Positions 10,818-21,511 are shown, counted from the first letter of the stretch. The stretch: DNA of 64,000 bases from a bacterium (GCA_963641405.1 CAVICC010000002.1:6002-70001); one strand, 5' to 3'. A program made the numbers and translations. Notes: generated from the sequence alone by a model not told the origin.

Positions 10818-12314
10818 TCAATTTGTCTCCTCTATTAAGCCTAGACTTTTAAGTTTCTGTGACAAGGCAATTGTATATTCATCCCTGTCGCTTATGTTGT
10901 ATAACGAAACAGCCTCGTCATATGACATATCATATTTGCTGCTTAACGTATCTGAAATTATGTTCTTAAGATTTTCAAGCTCACTCTCACAACCGTATTC
11001 TTTTGCATTATCCGCATTGATACTGCATCTTCCGGCTGCACATACAAGTGAATCTGCTGCCATTGAATCATATCCCGATTCGTCAAATGTCTTAAATGAA
11101 TCGTATTTTGCTGATACTGCTGCAAGTACAGTCAACTTATTGTAAAGCTTTTCATCCTCACCTGAAAGTTCAAGACCGCTTAACTTGCTATAACTTTTTG
11201 TATAAAGTGACACCGAATCCGTATCATTTAGTCCAACTCCTGCAATAGCCTCATTATAAAGACTCTGTGCATCTGCAATTCTTGAATTGTTGCCAAGCAA
11301 GAATGTACATATCAAAACAAATGCAACAAGTGATGCCACAAAAATGGCGATAAGTATGCACGGACCTTTGGGAAGTTTGGGTCCCTTTTCTGCTGGAGTG
11401 CGTTCCTTTTTAGGCTTCTTTTCCTTCTTAGGTTTTGCAGTCTTAGGTTTCTTTTCTTTTTTAGGCTTCTTCTCTTTTTTAGGTTTTTTTTCTTTTTTCT
11501 TCTTTTTGCTATTTGAGTCTTTTTCCTCTTCTAATTCATCGAGTATCTGCTGATTTTCATCAGACAATGCCTTTGCATCAGCAAGAGCGCCCTCCAGACC
11601 AATCTGTGCCTTATCTTCTGATGGTTCTTTTGTAAAAAATGCAAAAAATCGTTTTAAAAAGCCCGGTTTCTTTTCATTTTCCTTCTTTGTGTTGTCTTTT
11701 GTTGCCTGCTTAAGCTTTTCCATCTGTTCGTTTGCATAATCTTCTATTTCATCAGTCTGTTGGTCACCATCTTTTACATCATCAGTTTTTCCTTCAAGCA
11801 GCTGTCCTATATCCTCTAAATCCTTGCTGTCAAGCAAATCCAAAAGATCCTTTGACGCATTGCCCGATAGATCAGGTTCTCCTATCTCCTCGATAGTATT
11901 TATATCTATAGGCTCACTATCTATATCTACTATATCGTCAGGCTCAAATTCTTCTACAGCCTCTTTGATTTCATTTATATCAGCTTCCGGTTCCTTGTCA
12001 ATCTCAGACAGTTTCTGTTCTTTCATTCTTCTGTCAAAATCTATAAGCATCTCATCAAGAGTTGCATCATTGTCATCCGGTGCTGCCGTCTGTATATTGG
12101 CATTCTCACCTTCAGCCCTTGTATTTTCATCATACAATTCTTTTTCGAAACTTGACAGGTATTCATCATATGTCTCATTCTCAAGTTCGCTCTCAAACTC
12201 CTTTAAGAACTCATCCTGATCCTCAGACGAACCAGCATCATCAGTAAAATCATGTGATCCATTCATTGTATTAAGCAAATTATCCAGATAATCTTCTGTA
12301 GATTTGTTACCCAT
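10818..12314 (-). CDS. Hypothetical single-pass membrane protein with acidic N-terminus and KKEKKP repeats
   Basis: 498 aa; D/E-rich first half, Lys/Pro repeat, one TM (CILIAIFVASLVAFVLICTFLL). Confidence 0.8.
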   Translation of the reverse strand: MGNKSTEDYLDNLLNTMNGSHDFTDDAGSSEDQDEFLKEFESELENETYDEYLSSFEKELYDENTRAEGENANIQTAAPDDNDATLDEMLIDFDRRMKEQKLSEIDKEPEADINEIKEAVEEFEPDDIVDIDSEPIDINTIEEIGEPDLSGNASKDLLDLLDSKDLEDIGQLLEGKTDDVKDGDQQTDEIEDYANEQMEKLKQATKDNTKKENEKKPGFLKRFFAFFTKEPSEDKAQIGLEGALADAKALSDENQQILDELEEEKDSNSKKKKKEKKPKKEKKPKKEKKPKTAKPKKEKKPKKERTPAEKGPKLPKGPCILIAIFVASLVAFVLICTFLLGNNSRIADAQSLYNEAIAGVGLNDTDSVSLYTKSYSKLSGLELSGEDEKLYNKLTVLAAVSAKYDSFKTFDESGYDSMAADSLVCAAGRCSINADNAKEYGCESELENLKNIISDTLSSKYDMSYDEAVSLYNISDRDEYTIALSQKLKSLGLIEETN

Positions 12315-12382
12315 TTATATTCTCCATATATAACCTATTAAAGGGATGCAGCAAAAAGCCACACCCCTTATACCCAAATATA

Positions 12383-13282
12383 TTATGCTTCTTCAAGCAG
12401 CTTGTCAATCGCTGAAACAAGTTGTCCTATTTCTGGTTTTGTAAGCTGTGCGTCTGCGCCAAGCTGTTCACCTTTTCTGCGCATTTCCTCATTGACAAGA
12501 GATGAAAAAATGATAAGTGGAATATCTCTGAGCTCCGGATCACTCTTTACAAGCTTTGTAAGTCTGTGTCCATCCATAAGAGGCATCTCTATATCTGTTA
12601 TTATACAATTGATCTTGTCTTTTACAGATCCCTGTGCCTGAATATTTCTGATCGTATTCCATGCTTCCTGACCATTCTCGGTGATTATAAGCTTTGTGTA
12701 GCCTGATTTCTTGAGGCAGTCAGTTATAAGTTTTGAAAGAAGTGCTGAATCCTCCGCTATAAGTATTGTAGCATCACTTCTGTCTCTTTCTTCCATCTCC
12801 TCGATATCATTTACCCTAAGACCTGTCTCAGGACTAATATCTGAAACAATAGCTTCAAAATCAAGGATCACTATGAGCCTGTCTTCCATCTTTATGACGC
12901 CTGTTGCAGTACTTCCGTGTTCTCCTTGAAGTGTTGTATCCGGCTTGATGATTGATTCCCATGACACGCGATGTATTCCAATAACCTGATCAACATGGAA
13001 TGCAACATTTAATTTATTGAAATTGGTAATGATAAAAAGTCCATCGCCCTCTGTCTTAGGAAGTCCAAGACATTTTTTAAGGTTGATAACTGTTATCATT
13101 ACATCTCGAGGCATAAATATTCCTTCAACACTTGGATGTGTATTAGGAACCGGTGTAACAGGCATATACTGGAGTATCTCCCTGATTTTTGCAACATTTA
13201 TTCCATAATGATTGTCACCTAATGTAAACTCAAGTACCTCGAGTTCATTTGTTCCTGATTCCAAAAGTATATTTGTATCCAT
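12383..13282 (-). CDS. cheV: Chemotaxis protein CheV (CheW + receiver)
   Basis: ILLESGTNELEVLEF...YGINVAKIREI CheW domain; receiver AEDS...ITDIEMPLMDG. Confidence 0.93.
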   Translation of the reverse strand: MDTNILLESGTNELEVLEFTLGDNHYGINVAKIREILQYMPVTPVPNTHPSVEGIFMPRDVMITVINLKKCLGLPKTEGDGLFIITNFNKLNVAFHVDQVIGIHRVSWESIIKPDTTLQGEHGSTATGVIKMEDRLIVILDFEAIVSDISPETGLRVNDIEEMEERDRSDATILIAEDSALLSKLITDCLKKSGYTKLIITENGQEAWNTIRNIQAQGSVKDKINCIITDIEMPLMDGHRLTKLVKSDPELRDIPLIIFSSLVNEEMRRKGEQLGADAQLTKPEIGQLVSAIDKLLEEA

Positions 13283-13328
13283 AGTATATCCTCCGCCTCT
13301 AATTTATTTTACTATATCATATAATATT

Positions 13329-14027
13329 TTACAATTCTATCTGATATTTTATGTTATCTTTTGTCACTGACAGCGATACATCATCACAGGCTGTATCCTG
13401 AGGTATCTTGAATAGTAATACCACATCAACCGATTCCTGTGGCTTTAATGTACCCTGATATGTAGTCAGAGAATATGTAAGAAACGACCCCTCTGCCTGA
13501 TAATCTTTACCATCCAAAAATCTGGCCGTGTAAGTCTTTGCATTTGTAAAAAGATCTACATCAACAGCGGCAGCGGTCGAATTTGAAATGGTAAATTTCA
13601 TAACTGCATAACTTTTTTTTGTTCCTGCCTCCATGGAATAGTAGCTGCCTTCTTTGTATGTATCTGTCTTTGTAACCCCTGCATAAGTAACGCTTAAATT
13701 CTCATATCCTATAGCTTCTGCAAGTGATATGGACTCTGTAGTCTGTGTATCAGATGTCAACTTTTCTGCTGCATTTGAAGCTTTTGCAGTCTGTGCCTCT
13801 GACTCAGTTTCAGTCTCAGTCTGTTTGTCATTGGATGTTTCTTCTTCCTTTGCCGCTGTCATACCGTCCTTTTGATAGACATTGTACTTTGCGAGAGCAT
13901 ATGCCGAGTACTCAGCGACAAGCTGCTGTTCTTCATCAGTCATTTCGTATAGCTTAGTGCCGCAGCCTGTCATCATAAAGGCAGTAAGTAGTAATACTGC
14001 TGTATATTTTATCCTCTTTCTTTTCAT
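13329..14027 (-). CDS. Hypothetical lipoprotein
   Basis: Basic N-terminus, hydrophobic core, lipobox MTGC. Confidence 0.75.
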   Translation of the reverse strand: MKRKRIKYTAVLLLTAFMMTGCGTKLYEMTDEEQQLVAEYSAYALAKYNVYQKDGMTAAKEEETSNDKQTETETESEAQTAKASNAAEKLTSDTQTTESISLAEAIGYENLSVTYAGVTKTDTYKEGSYYSMEAGTKKSYAVMKFTISNSTAAAVDVDLFTNAKTYTARFLDGKDYQAEGSFLTYSLTTYQGTLKPQESVDVVLLFKIPQDTACDDVSLSVTKDNIKYQIEL

Positions 14028-14088
14028 TTTATCTGTCCCGTTCTTACATCTGTGACTTTTATCCTAATTAACAATTATAGTATCATAT

Positions 14089-15570
14089 TTAATTAGTGTT
14101 TGCAATAAATAACTCCAGTTCAAACCAGAATTCAACACCGTCCTCATGATTTATCACACCACATCCTCTGTGATGTGAATCCATAATGGCTTTTACAATC
14201 GAAAGTCCTATTCCACTGCCGCCATATTCTCTGGTTCTTGCCTTGTCAACCTTATAGAATTTGATCCATATCTTATCAAGCTCATCCTGTGGTATAGGCT
14301 GCCCCTGATTAAATACGCTAACACGTACAATAGTGTCCTTTATCTGACATGATACAGTTATATATCCGCCTGTTGCACAGTGATTTATCGCATTGCTTAC
14401 ATAATTAGTCACAACCTCTTCTATCCTGAACACGTCACCACTTACATACAGTGGCTTGGTCTGCCTACAGCATATGGTTACTTCATTTTTCTTTGCAAGA
14501 ATGCCCGCATTGTTTATGACTCCTGTTATTACCTCTGTTATATCAAAACGTCCCATAGAAATAACATCACTGCCAAATTCAAGCTGATTTAAAGATAAGA
14601 GTTTCATGACCATGCGATTCATCTTATCCGCCTCGTCAATTATGACCTCACAGTAGAAATTCCTACTCTCCTCATCATCGTTTACGGCATCCTGTAAGCC
14701 TTCCGCATAGCCTGATATAAGTGCAAGAGGTGTCTTTAACTCATGAGAAACATTTGAAAGAAATTCTTTTCGCATGTCGTCTATCTCTTCTTTTTTCTTT
14801 ATATCACGCTGCAATTCATTATTTGCTGATTTAAGCTCACCTATAGTCTGTTCAAGTGTGGCTGACAGCTCATTCATATGTTCACCAAGTTCATCTAACT
14901 CTTTTGCACTACGGCTGGTGTTTACGTATTTTGCATCAAAATCTAGTTCTGCCATCTTTGTTGAAAGTTCACCAAGTTTACGCAGAGGTTTTGAGAGATT
15001 GCGCGATAAAAGGATTGCGACTACAAAGCCTGCCACAATAGCTGCAATACCGCCCAACAAAAAGAAACGGTTTGACACTTTCACACTCTCTCTTATGCTC
15101 TCGAGAGGCGTCTTCATATATACAAAATTGCCATCCATCAGCCTGTTGTTGATGATGATATATTCTGTTCCAAGACGCTTATCTTTCTGCCTTGTCATAT
15201 TCAGATCCCTGTAATCTGATGGATATGTCGAAAGACTCGCCTCCAAAAGTAATTGAAAAATCTCCTGATTATCAGTGGAGCCTTCTATAATGATTTTTCC
15301 GTATTTGTTAAATACAACCGCATCTATATTGGTCCCTGCACATTTTTTCTGCAAAGTTACAGCAAAATCATCATCCGACAGTGTTCCATCTATCGCAGCC
15401 TGATCAACCATCTCGTATACTGAAAGCATTTCTTTTTCCTTGTTGTATACATAATACTTTTCAAGGAGAGTATTGTTGAGTATCCAAAATAGTACAACTA
15501 TGCCAAGCACCAATAGTGACATAACTATCGCAAGCTGCTGTGAAAGAGATTTCTTTTTTCTCATTATCAT
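14089..15570 (-). CDS. HAMP-domain sensor histidine kinase
   Basis: Two TMs, HAMP, H-box SHELKTPL, N-box NAI, G-box GGSGIGLSIVK; overlaps the upstream response regulator (ATGA). Confidence 0.93.
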   Translation of the reverse strand: MIMRKKKSLSQQLAIVMSLLVLGIVVLFWILNNTLLEKYYVYNKEKEMLSVYEMVDQAAIDGTLSDDDFAVTLQKKCAGTNIDAVVFNKYGKIIIEGSTDNQEIFQLLLEASLSTYPSDYRDLNMTRQKDKRLGTEYIIINNRLMDGNFVYMKTPLESIRESVKVSNRFFLLGGIAAIVAGFVVAILLSRNLSKPLRKLGELSTKMAELDFDAKYVNTSRSAKELDELGEHMNELSATLEQTIGELKSANNELQRDIKKKEEIDDMRKEFLSNVSHELKTPLALISGYAEGLQDAVNDDEESRNFYCEVIIDEADKMNRMVMKLLSLNQLEFGSDVISMGRFDITEVITGVINNAGILAKKNEVTICCRQTKPLYVSGDVFRIEEVVTNYVSNAINHCATGGYITVSCQIKDTIVRVSVFNQGQPIPQDELDKIWIKFYKVDKARTREYGGSGIGLSIVKAIMDSHHRGCGVINHEDGVEFWFELELFIANTN

Positions 15571-16247
15571 TTTACCTCAAATTTATAACCCATTCCCCAG
15601 ACAGTCTTGATGTAATCGCCCTTGTCACCGAGCTTATTTCGAAGCTTCTTTACGTGTGTATCGATTGTCCTTGCATCTCCGAAATAATCATAGCTCCATA
15701 CACTGTCAAGTATTCTCTCCCTAGAGAGGGCGATTCCTGCATTGTTCATAAAATAATCCAAAAGTTCAAATTCCTTGACACTTAGGTCTATCATCTGTCC
15801 ATCTATTGAGACGGTGTGAGCGGTCCTATCCATCACAATCCCACCAGCCTCACTTATGTCTGCCGCATCACCTATCTTATTTGCTCTACGAAGAAGTGCT
15901 GTCACCCTTGCGACAAGTATTTTAGGTGAAAAAGGCTTAGATACGTATTCATCCGCTCCTATCTCAAAGCCATTTAATTCATCCTTCTCATCACCCTTTG
16001 CAGTAAGCATTATGATAGGTATTTTTGAAGTTTTTCTGATCTCGCGGCATACTTCCCAGCCGTCAAGTCTTGGCATCATAACATCAAGCACCAAAAGCGC
16101 TATATCCTTATCTGAATAAAATATATCAAGTGCTTCCTCGCCATCACCTGCCTCAAGTACCTCATAGCCTTCTCTTACAAGAAAGTCTCTTACAAGTTTT
16201 CTCATGCGGCTCTCGTCGTCTACTACAAGTATTTTTATTTTGTCCAC
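15567..16247 (-). CDS. OmpR/PhoB family response regulator
   Basis: ILVVDDE, LDVMMP, KPFS, winged-helix RTIDTHVKKLR...TVWGMGYKF. Confidence 0.95.
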   Translation of the reverse strand: MDKIKILVVDDESRMRKLVRDFLVREGYEVLEAGDGEEALDIFYSDKDIALLVLDVMMPRLDGWEVCREIRKTSKIPIIMLTAKGDEKDELNGFEIGADEYVSKPFSPKILVARVTALLRRANKIGDAADISEAGGIVMDRTAHTVSIDGQMIDLSVKEFELLDYFMNNAGIALSRERILDSVWSYDYFGDARTIDTHVKKLRNKLGDKGDYIKTVWGMGYKFEVK

Positions 16248-16753
16248 TCTGTCTGTGCCTCTCTTTCGTCTAAAGCTTTTTCCCTTTCCTCAAGCTCCTG
16301 CTGCCAGCCTTCATATTTGTCGATTATCTCATTCTCATAATCTACCACATATGGACTATGTCCACTGATGCAGGTTATCGCAAACATAGATACAAGACTT
16401 ATTGACAGCACTATGGCAAAAAACAATGCTATATGGAATTTTCTCTTGTAAACTAAGATCTCTTTTTTTGCACTTTTGCTGATCTTGCCAGATTTTCTGA
16501 TATATATCGGACGGATTTCCTCATTTTTGATGTAAGGTATAGTATGAAGAAATTCCTGTAATTCCACAAGAAATGCCAACCCAACAGGTGTACTGAAAGT
16601 ATCAGGCTTGTTAAGACGCATATAAAGTTTGTATACAATATCCGGATTGTTCATATCCGTATTTTCTTTTATATAACGTATGCCTGCCTTTTCTTTTTGC
16701 GCCCGTTTTGCCTCTTCTTCTGTCTCAAATTCAAATCCATCAACTGTAAACAT
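16235..16753 (-). CDS. Hypothetical membrane protein
   Basis: 172 aa, one TM, tightly packed between fbp and the response regulator. Confidence 0.75.
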   Translation of the reverse strand: MFTVDGFEFETEEEAKRAQKEKAGIRYIKENTDMNNPDIVYKLYMRLNKPDTFSTPVGLAFLVELQEFLHTIPYIKNEEIRPIYIRKSGKISKSAKKEILVYKRKFHIALFFAIVLSISLVSMFAITCISGHSPYVVDYENEIIDKYEGWQQELEEREKALDEREAQTEWTK

Positions 16754-16754
16754 T

Positions 16755-18713
16755 TTAACTATCTTTCTCTGCTATCTCACCCGAACGGTATGCACCTATC
16801 AAAAGCTTAAGGTCTGCTATTTTCTCTCGCATCTTGACTCCTGCATCCGTATCTCCTACGAGAATTCTCTTGTCAAGTATCTCGACTGCTTCACGCCTCG
16901 AAACTATATCTCTCTCATCCCTTACTGCGGTCTCCGGTGACTCAAACGGCTCATGCGCTGTAAGTGTTAGTCCATAAGAATTGTAAATAAGTGTATATCC
17001 GGCTATTCCTGTACGCCTACGGTATGCTTTTGAGAAGCCTCCGTCTATTACGATTACTTTTCCATCGCTTTTTACAGGACTTTCTCCGCGCAGCCTATGC
17101 ACCGGCACATGGCCATTTATGATATGATCCCTGTGTCCATGAAGCCCAAACTCTTCAAGGATCTTGTCAGCATATTCTGGCTTATTTATATATTCGTAGT
17201 AATAGTTTTTCTTTTCGACCTTTAAATCCTCGTCATCGATAAAATATCTCTCAAAAGTAGCTATCTTTTTACGTCCATAAAGTGGTGAATACGGAGCAGT
17301 CCAGATATACCACATGATATCCGTGCCTTTTTCCTTTTCAACTGGATCTGTTGAAAAAAATGCTTTTCTTACATAAGTCTCAAGTATGTCAAAAAGTGCT
17401 CTGCCGCTGTATTCTTTGCCATAAATATTTACTTTTGCAAGGCTGCCATCTTTTTCCATCGGAATGCATCCGTGAAAAAGCAGATTGCCATTATATATCT
17501 TGTACATGCTACCCTTTTTAAGTAAAAGTTTCACATGCGTGGTAAGCTTCTCACAATGAATAAATGAAGAACGAAGTCTCTGGATCACTTCCTCCTCATC
17601 ATCCGTAAGCTTATATGGATCATCCGGATCTATTGTAGGAAAATGTGTATCAAGAAGCTTGTATGTCTTTCCCTCAATTACTATAGTGCCTTTTTCATAA
17701 TCTATATAATCAAGGAGAAGCCTGTTGCTCATCCCATACTCAGGATATTTTTTGATAAGCTGCCCTTCTAGTTTAAAACGTATGATTGCTATCGCTTTGT
17801 GCATCTTTTTTGTCATATCATTTTCCATGTTGTTGGTACCGCTCGGTGCCACTTTAAATACAAAACGTTCGCACGGATCATCCCCATATGCTTTAATAGC
17901 AAATGTGGCAAGTGGAAGCATATTGATACCATAGCCTTCCTCGAGCACATCGAGATTGCCATAACGTATGCTATTTCTTATAACAGTCGCTATGCAGGCA
18001 AGATTTCCTGCTGCTGCTCCCATCCATATGATATCGTGGTTTCCCCACTGTATGTCGAATGAATGATACTTGCAAAGTCTGTCCATAATAAGATGTGGTC
18101 CCGCACCTCTATCGAATATATCTCCAAGCACATGCAGATGGTCTACCGCAAGCTGCTGTATAAGCTCAGAAAGAGCCACGATAAAATCTTCAGCTGTGCC
18201 AAGTTCTACTGTCGTATTAATAATCGACTCATAGTATGCCTCTTTATTTAAGACCTCTGGCTTTTCCGTAATAAGTTCTTCTATGACATATGCATATTCT
18301 TTCGGAAGTGCTTTTCTAACTTTTGAACGAGTGTACTTTGATGATACAGTCTTGCAGACTTCGATAAGCTTATAGAGTGTAGTCTTATACCAGTAATCGA
18401 TATCTTCTTCAGTTTTTTTAATGATCTCCATCTTCTCTCTTGGATAATAAATCAAAGTAGCAAGTGAAGACTTGTCCGATTTATTGAGTGATTCTCCGAA
18501 TACATCATCTATCTTCTTGCGGACAGCTCCAGATCCGTTTTTAAGTACATGTGAAAATGCCTCATACTCACCATGTATATCAGACACGAAATGCTCAGTT
18601 CCTTTTGGAAGATTGAGTATTGCCTGAAGATTTATGATCTCCGATGAAGCCTTTCCAATTGTCGGATACATCTCTGACAACTGTTCCAAATAATGTAATT
18701 GTTCCCTGTCCAT
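16755..18713 (-). CDS. fbp: Fructose-1,6-bisphosphatase class III (Firmicute type)
   Basis: LNLPKGTEHFVSDIHGE, GDIFDRG, QWGNHD, NGHVPV, IDGGFSKAY. Confidence 0.95.
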   Translation of the reverse strand: MDREQLHYLEQLSEMYPTIGKASSEIINLQAILNLPKGTEHFVSDIHGEYEAFSHVLKNGSGAVRKKIDDVFGESLNKSDKSSLATLIYYPREKMEIIKKTEEDIDYWYKTTLYKLIEVCKTVSSKYTRSKVRKALPKEYAYVIEELITEKPEVLNKEAYYESIINTTVELGTAEDFIVALSELIQQLAVDHLHVLGDIFDRGAGPHLIMDRLCKYHSFDIQWGNHDIIWMGAAAGNLACIATVIRNSIRYGNLDVLEEGYGINMLPLATFAIKAYGDDPCERFVFKVAPSGTNNMENDMTKKMHKAIAIIRFKLEGQLIKKYPEYGMSNRLLLDYIDYEKGTIVIEGKTYKLLDTHFPTIDPDDPYKLTDDEEEVIQRLRSSFIHCEKLTTHVKLLLKKGSMYKIYNGNLLFHGCIPMEKDGSLAKVNIYGKEYSGRALFDILETYVRKAFFSTDPVEKEKGTDIMWYIWTAPYSPLYGRKKIATFERYFIDDEDLKVEKKNYYYEYINKPEYADKILEEFGLHGHRDHIINGHVPVHRLRGESPVKSDGKVIVIDGGFSKAYRRRTGIAGYTLIYNSYGLTLTAHEPFESPETAVRDERDIVSRREAVEILDKRILVGDTDAGVKMREKIADLKLLIGAYRSGEIAEKDS

Positions 18714-18729
18714 TTAATTAATTCTCCTG

Positions 18730-19005
18730 TTAAATATCATAATACTGATTCATTATCCTGCTTACTTCCTTTTCGATTCCGTCACCTGTATATACACATT
18801 TCATCAGACAACGCTTTATATTTTCCTCGAAATTTGTCCCTTCGCATTTGTCCAGGACTCCCTGCAAAGTAAGCTGGATCAGCACATGCTCACCGCTTTG
18901 CTGGTCCAATATTATATTCTCATATACCTTTTTGTTGTATTTTTCACTGACAATGGGATACTCAATGATAGCCATTTCCCTCCATTGCCTAAATGTAAGT
19001 GACAT
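18730..19005 (-). CDS. Small hypothetical protein
   Basis: Track ORF starts at 19095; more likely start is ATG 19005 (MSLTFRQW...) after an AGGCGGGG RBS-like sequence. Confidence 0.6.
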   Translation of the reverse strand: MSLTFRQWREMAIIEYPIVSEKYNKKVYENIILDQQSGEHVLIQLTLQGVLDKCEGTNFEENIKRCLMKCVYTGDGIEKEVSRIMNQYYDI

Positions 19006-19155
19006 ATAACCCCGCCTGTTCTTTTGTTTCATAGTAACTATTCTAATAGTTACTGTCTTACTATTTATAATACCAATTACTTTACATCTTATCAATGCCT
19101 CTGGTACTATTCTTTATAAAAACATAAGAAAAATCAAAAATATTTTTCTACAAAC

Positions 19156-19204
19156 AAAAGACACATGCCGTATGTTCATTTAATACATACGGCATATGTC
19201 TTTT
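19156..19204 (-). terminator. Intrinsic terminator after lysA
   Basis: AAAAGACACATGCCGTATGT / ACATACGGCATATGTCTTTT inverted repeat. Confidence 0.75.
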
Positions 19205-19255
19205 CTATTTTAGCTATTATATTTTTAACAATTATATTCTTGACTATTATAGTTC

Positions 19256-20524
19256 TTACTCTGTAATTTTTATATCATCAAAGCAGTCAAATGTAGCAAA
19301 ATAATCTGCCGGAGTCTCCGCTCTTCTTATCATCTTTGTTGTTCCATCAGTCTGTAATAAAAGCTCTGCCGAACGAAGTCTTCCGTTGTAATTGTATCCC
19401 ATAGAGAAACCATGCGCTCCCGTATCATGGATAACAAGATAATCTCCCATATCAATCTTTGGAAGCTGTCTGTCAATCGCAAATTTATCACAGTTTTCAC
19501 AGAGGGATCCAACCACATCATATGTGTGATCACATGGTGCATCCTCTTTTCCAAGAACGGTAATATGGTGATATGAGCCATAAACAGCCGGTCTCATAAG
19601 GTTTGCTGCGCATGCGTCCACTCCAATATACTCCTTATATATGTGCTTTTCATGGATAGCTTTTGTGACAAGACATCCGTAAGGCGCCATCATAAATCTG
19701 CCCATCTCTGTGTAGATAGCTACATCGCCCATTCCTGCTGGCACGAGCACCTCATCATATACTTTATGTACTCCCTCACCGATTGTTCTTATATCATTTG
19801 GTGTCTGATCAGGCTTATATGCCACTCCTACTCCACCTGAAAGGTTTACAAATTTGATATCGCAGCCAGTCTCATTTTTAAGCTCAACAACAAGCTCAAA
19901 AAGCTGTTTTGCAAGCTGTGGATAATACTCATTTGTCACTGTATTGCTGGCGAGAAATGCATGTATACCGAAATACTTTGCACCCTTTGACTTTAAGATT
20001 TTAAATGCTTCAAAAAGCTGATCTTTAGTCATACCATATTTTGAGTCTCCAGGATTGTCCATAATGCCGTTTGAGAGTGTAAATACTCCACCCGGATTGT
20101 AACGACAACTTATTGTCTCAGGGATATATCCGATAGTCTTCTCAAGGAAGTCAATATGTGTAAAATCGTCCAGATTGATTATCGCCCCAAGCTTATTTGC
20201 ATATTCAAACTCTTCAGCCGGTGTATCGTTTGATGAAAACATGATGTGTTCTCCGTCAAATCCACATGATTTTGAAAGCATAAGCTCAGTGTATGATGAA
20301 CAGTCACAGCCCATATCATACTCCTGCAATATTTTGAGCAGATATGGGTTTGGTGTTGCTTTTACAGCAAAATACTCTCTAAATCCCGGATTCCATGCAA
20401 ATGCCTCTTTTACAGCCTGTGCGTTTGCCCTGATACCAGCCTCGTCATATAAATGAAATGGTGTAGGGAATTTCTTAGTAATCTCCTCAACCTGTTCTTT
20501 TGTCACAAATGGTGTCTTTTTCAT
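19256..20524 (-). CDS. lysA: Diaminopimelate decarboxylase
   Basis: TPFHLYDE, FAVKA PLP lysine, SKYG, EMGR, GSLCEN, HDTGAHGFSMGYNYN. Confidence 0.93.
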   Translation of the reverse strand: MKKTPFVTKEQVEEITKKFPTPFHLYDEAGIRANAQAVKEAFAWNPGFREYFAVKATPNPYLLKILQEYDMGCDCSSYTELMLSKSCGFDGEHIMFSSNDTPAEEFEYANKLGAIINLDDFTHIDFLEKTIGYIPETISCRYNPGGVFTLSNGIMDNPGDSKYGMTKDQLFEAFKILKSKGAKYFGIHAFLASNTVTNEYYPQLAKQLFELVVELKNETGCDIKFVNLSGGVGVAYKPDQTPNDIRTIGEGVHKVYDEVLVPAGMGDVAIYTEMGRFMMAPYGCLVTKAIHEKHIYKEYIGVDACAANLMRPAVYGSYHHITVLGKEDAPCDHTYDVVGSLCENCDKFAIDRQLPKIDMGDYLVIHDTGAHGFSMGYNYNGRLRSAELLLQTDGTTKMIRRAETPADYFATFDCFDDIKITE

Positions 20525-20676
20525 CTCTTTCTCCTAACTTTTACATAGTAAAGTGTTACACTAAAACTTATGCTACAACAAAATGACTGTATTTTCAAGA
20601 TTTTTTATGTTATAATTTTTCTCAAATTGGAATAAACTTAGAAATTTAAGTAGAGCTGACTGATTGGATAAGTAAT

Positions 20677-21411
20677 ATGAATATAAAAGTACTTCAATAT
20701 ATAGACAATACAAATACTACAAACTGCATAAATAATGCCACCACGGCAGCAACTTCTAATGCTAATGCTCAAAGCAACAACACAGCACATTTTGAAGGGT
20801 TTTTAGACAATGCAAAGAAAGCCTCGGCAGCACTCGCCATTGATAAGCTTGTTGCAGAAAGCAGCAATGGTTCTGTTGATGCTACTGCCATACAGCGCTT
20901 TTTTGACCAGAATGACATACAAATGACTTTAAATATAAGCTCCGCAGACGTCTCAAGTTCTGTTTCAACAGGAAATACTGCTTCTTCTGTCTTAGACAGT
21001 TCATATAAGACGGAAGCTTTTGGACTTTCATGTTCTAGCGAGCTTGATGTTATCTTTAACGAAGCCGCTGATAAATACGGTGTTGATGTCAAGTTTCTAA
21101 AAGCAATTGCCAAGTGTGAGTCTGATTTTTCAACCACATGCACAAGCAGTTCCGGTGCTATGGGCATCATGCAGCTCATGCCGGCCACCGCGGCTTCTTT
21201 AGGAGTTACAGATGCATACGATCCATATCAGAATATAATGGGTGGTGCCAAATACATAAGTGAAAAGCTATCCCAGTACAACGGTGACAAGTCGCTTGCA
21301 CTGGCGGCATATAATGCCGGATCCGGAAATGTAGCCAAATATGGTGGTATCCCTCCGTTTAAGGAGACACAAAATTATGTCAAAAAAGTGCTTGCGTACT
21401 ACAATTCGTAG
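20677..21411 (+). CDS. SLT-domain lytic transglycosylase
   Basis: AKCES catalytic Glu, GAMGIMQLMPATA, ALAAYNAG, ETQNYVKKV. Confidence 0.92.
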   Translation: MNIKVLQYIDNTNTTNCINNATTAATSNANAQSNNTAHFEGFLDNAKKASAALAIDKLVAESSNGSVDATAIQRFFDQNDIQMTLNISSADVSSSVSTGNTASSVLDSSYKTEAFGLSCSSELDVIFNEAADKYGVDVKFLKAIAKCESDFSTTCTSSSGAMGIMQLMPATAASLGVTDAYDPYQNIMGGAKYISEKLSQYNGDKSLALAAYNAGSGNVAKYGGIPPFKETQNYVKKVLAYYNS

Positions 21412-21450
21412 CTATTTAAGCACGTTTGCAGCCGTAATTTCCATAAATTT

Positions 21451-21500
21451 AAAAAATCCCCGGAAACATTAATTTTATCAAATCGATGTTTCCGGGGACT
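21451..21500. terminator. Terminator-like hairpin between the SLT gene and tRNA-Thr
   Basis: TCCCCGGAAACAT / ATGTTTCCGGGGA, with an A run giving a U tract on the minus strand. Confidence 0.7.
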
Positions 21501-21511
21501 TAATTTAAATA

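Noticed and set aside
20525..20676. Lysine riboswitch before lysA (likewise a T-box before cysS/ispF)
   Set aside because: Intergenic regions are short, AT-rich and lack the consensus elements.
21412..21511. Genomic island at tRNA-Thr
   Set aside because: No integrase and no duplicated tRNA 3' end in the window; the site appears empty.
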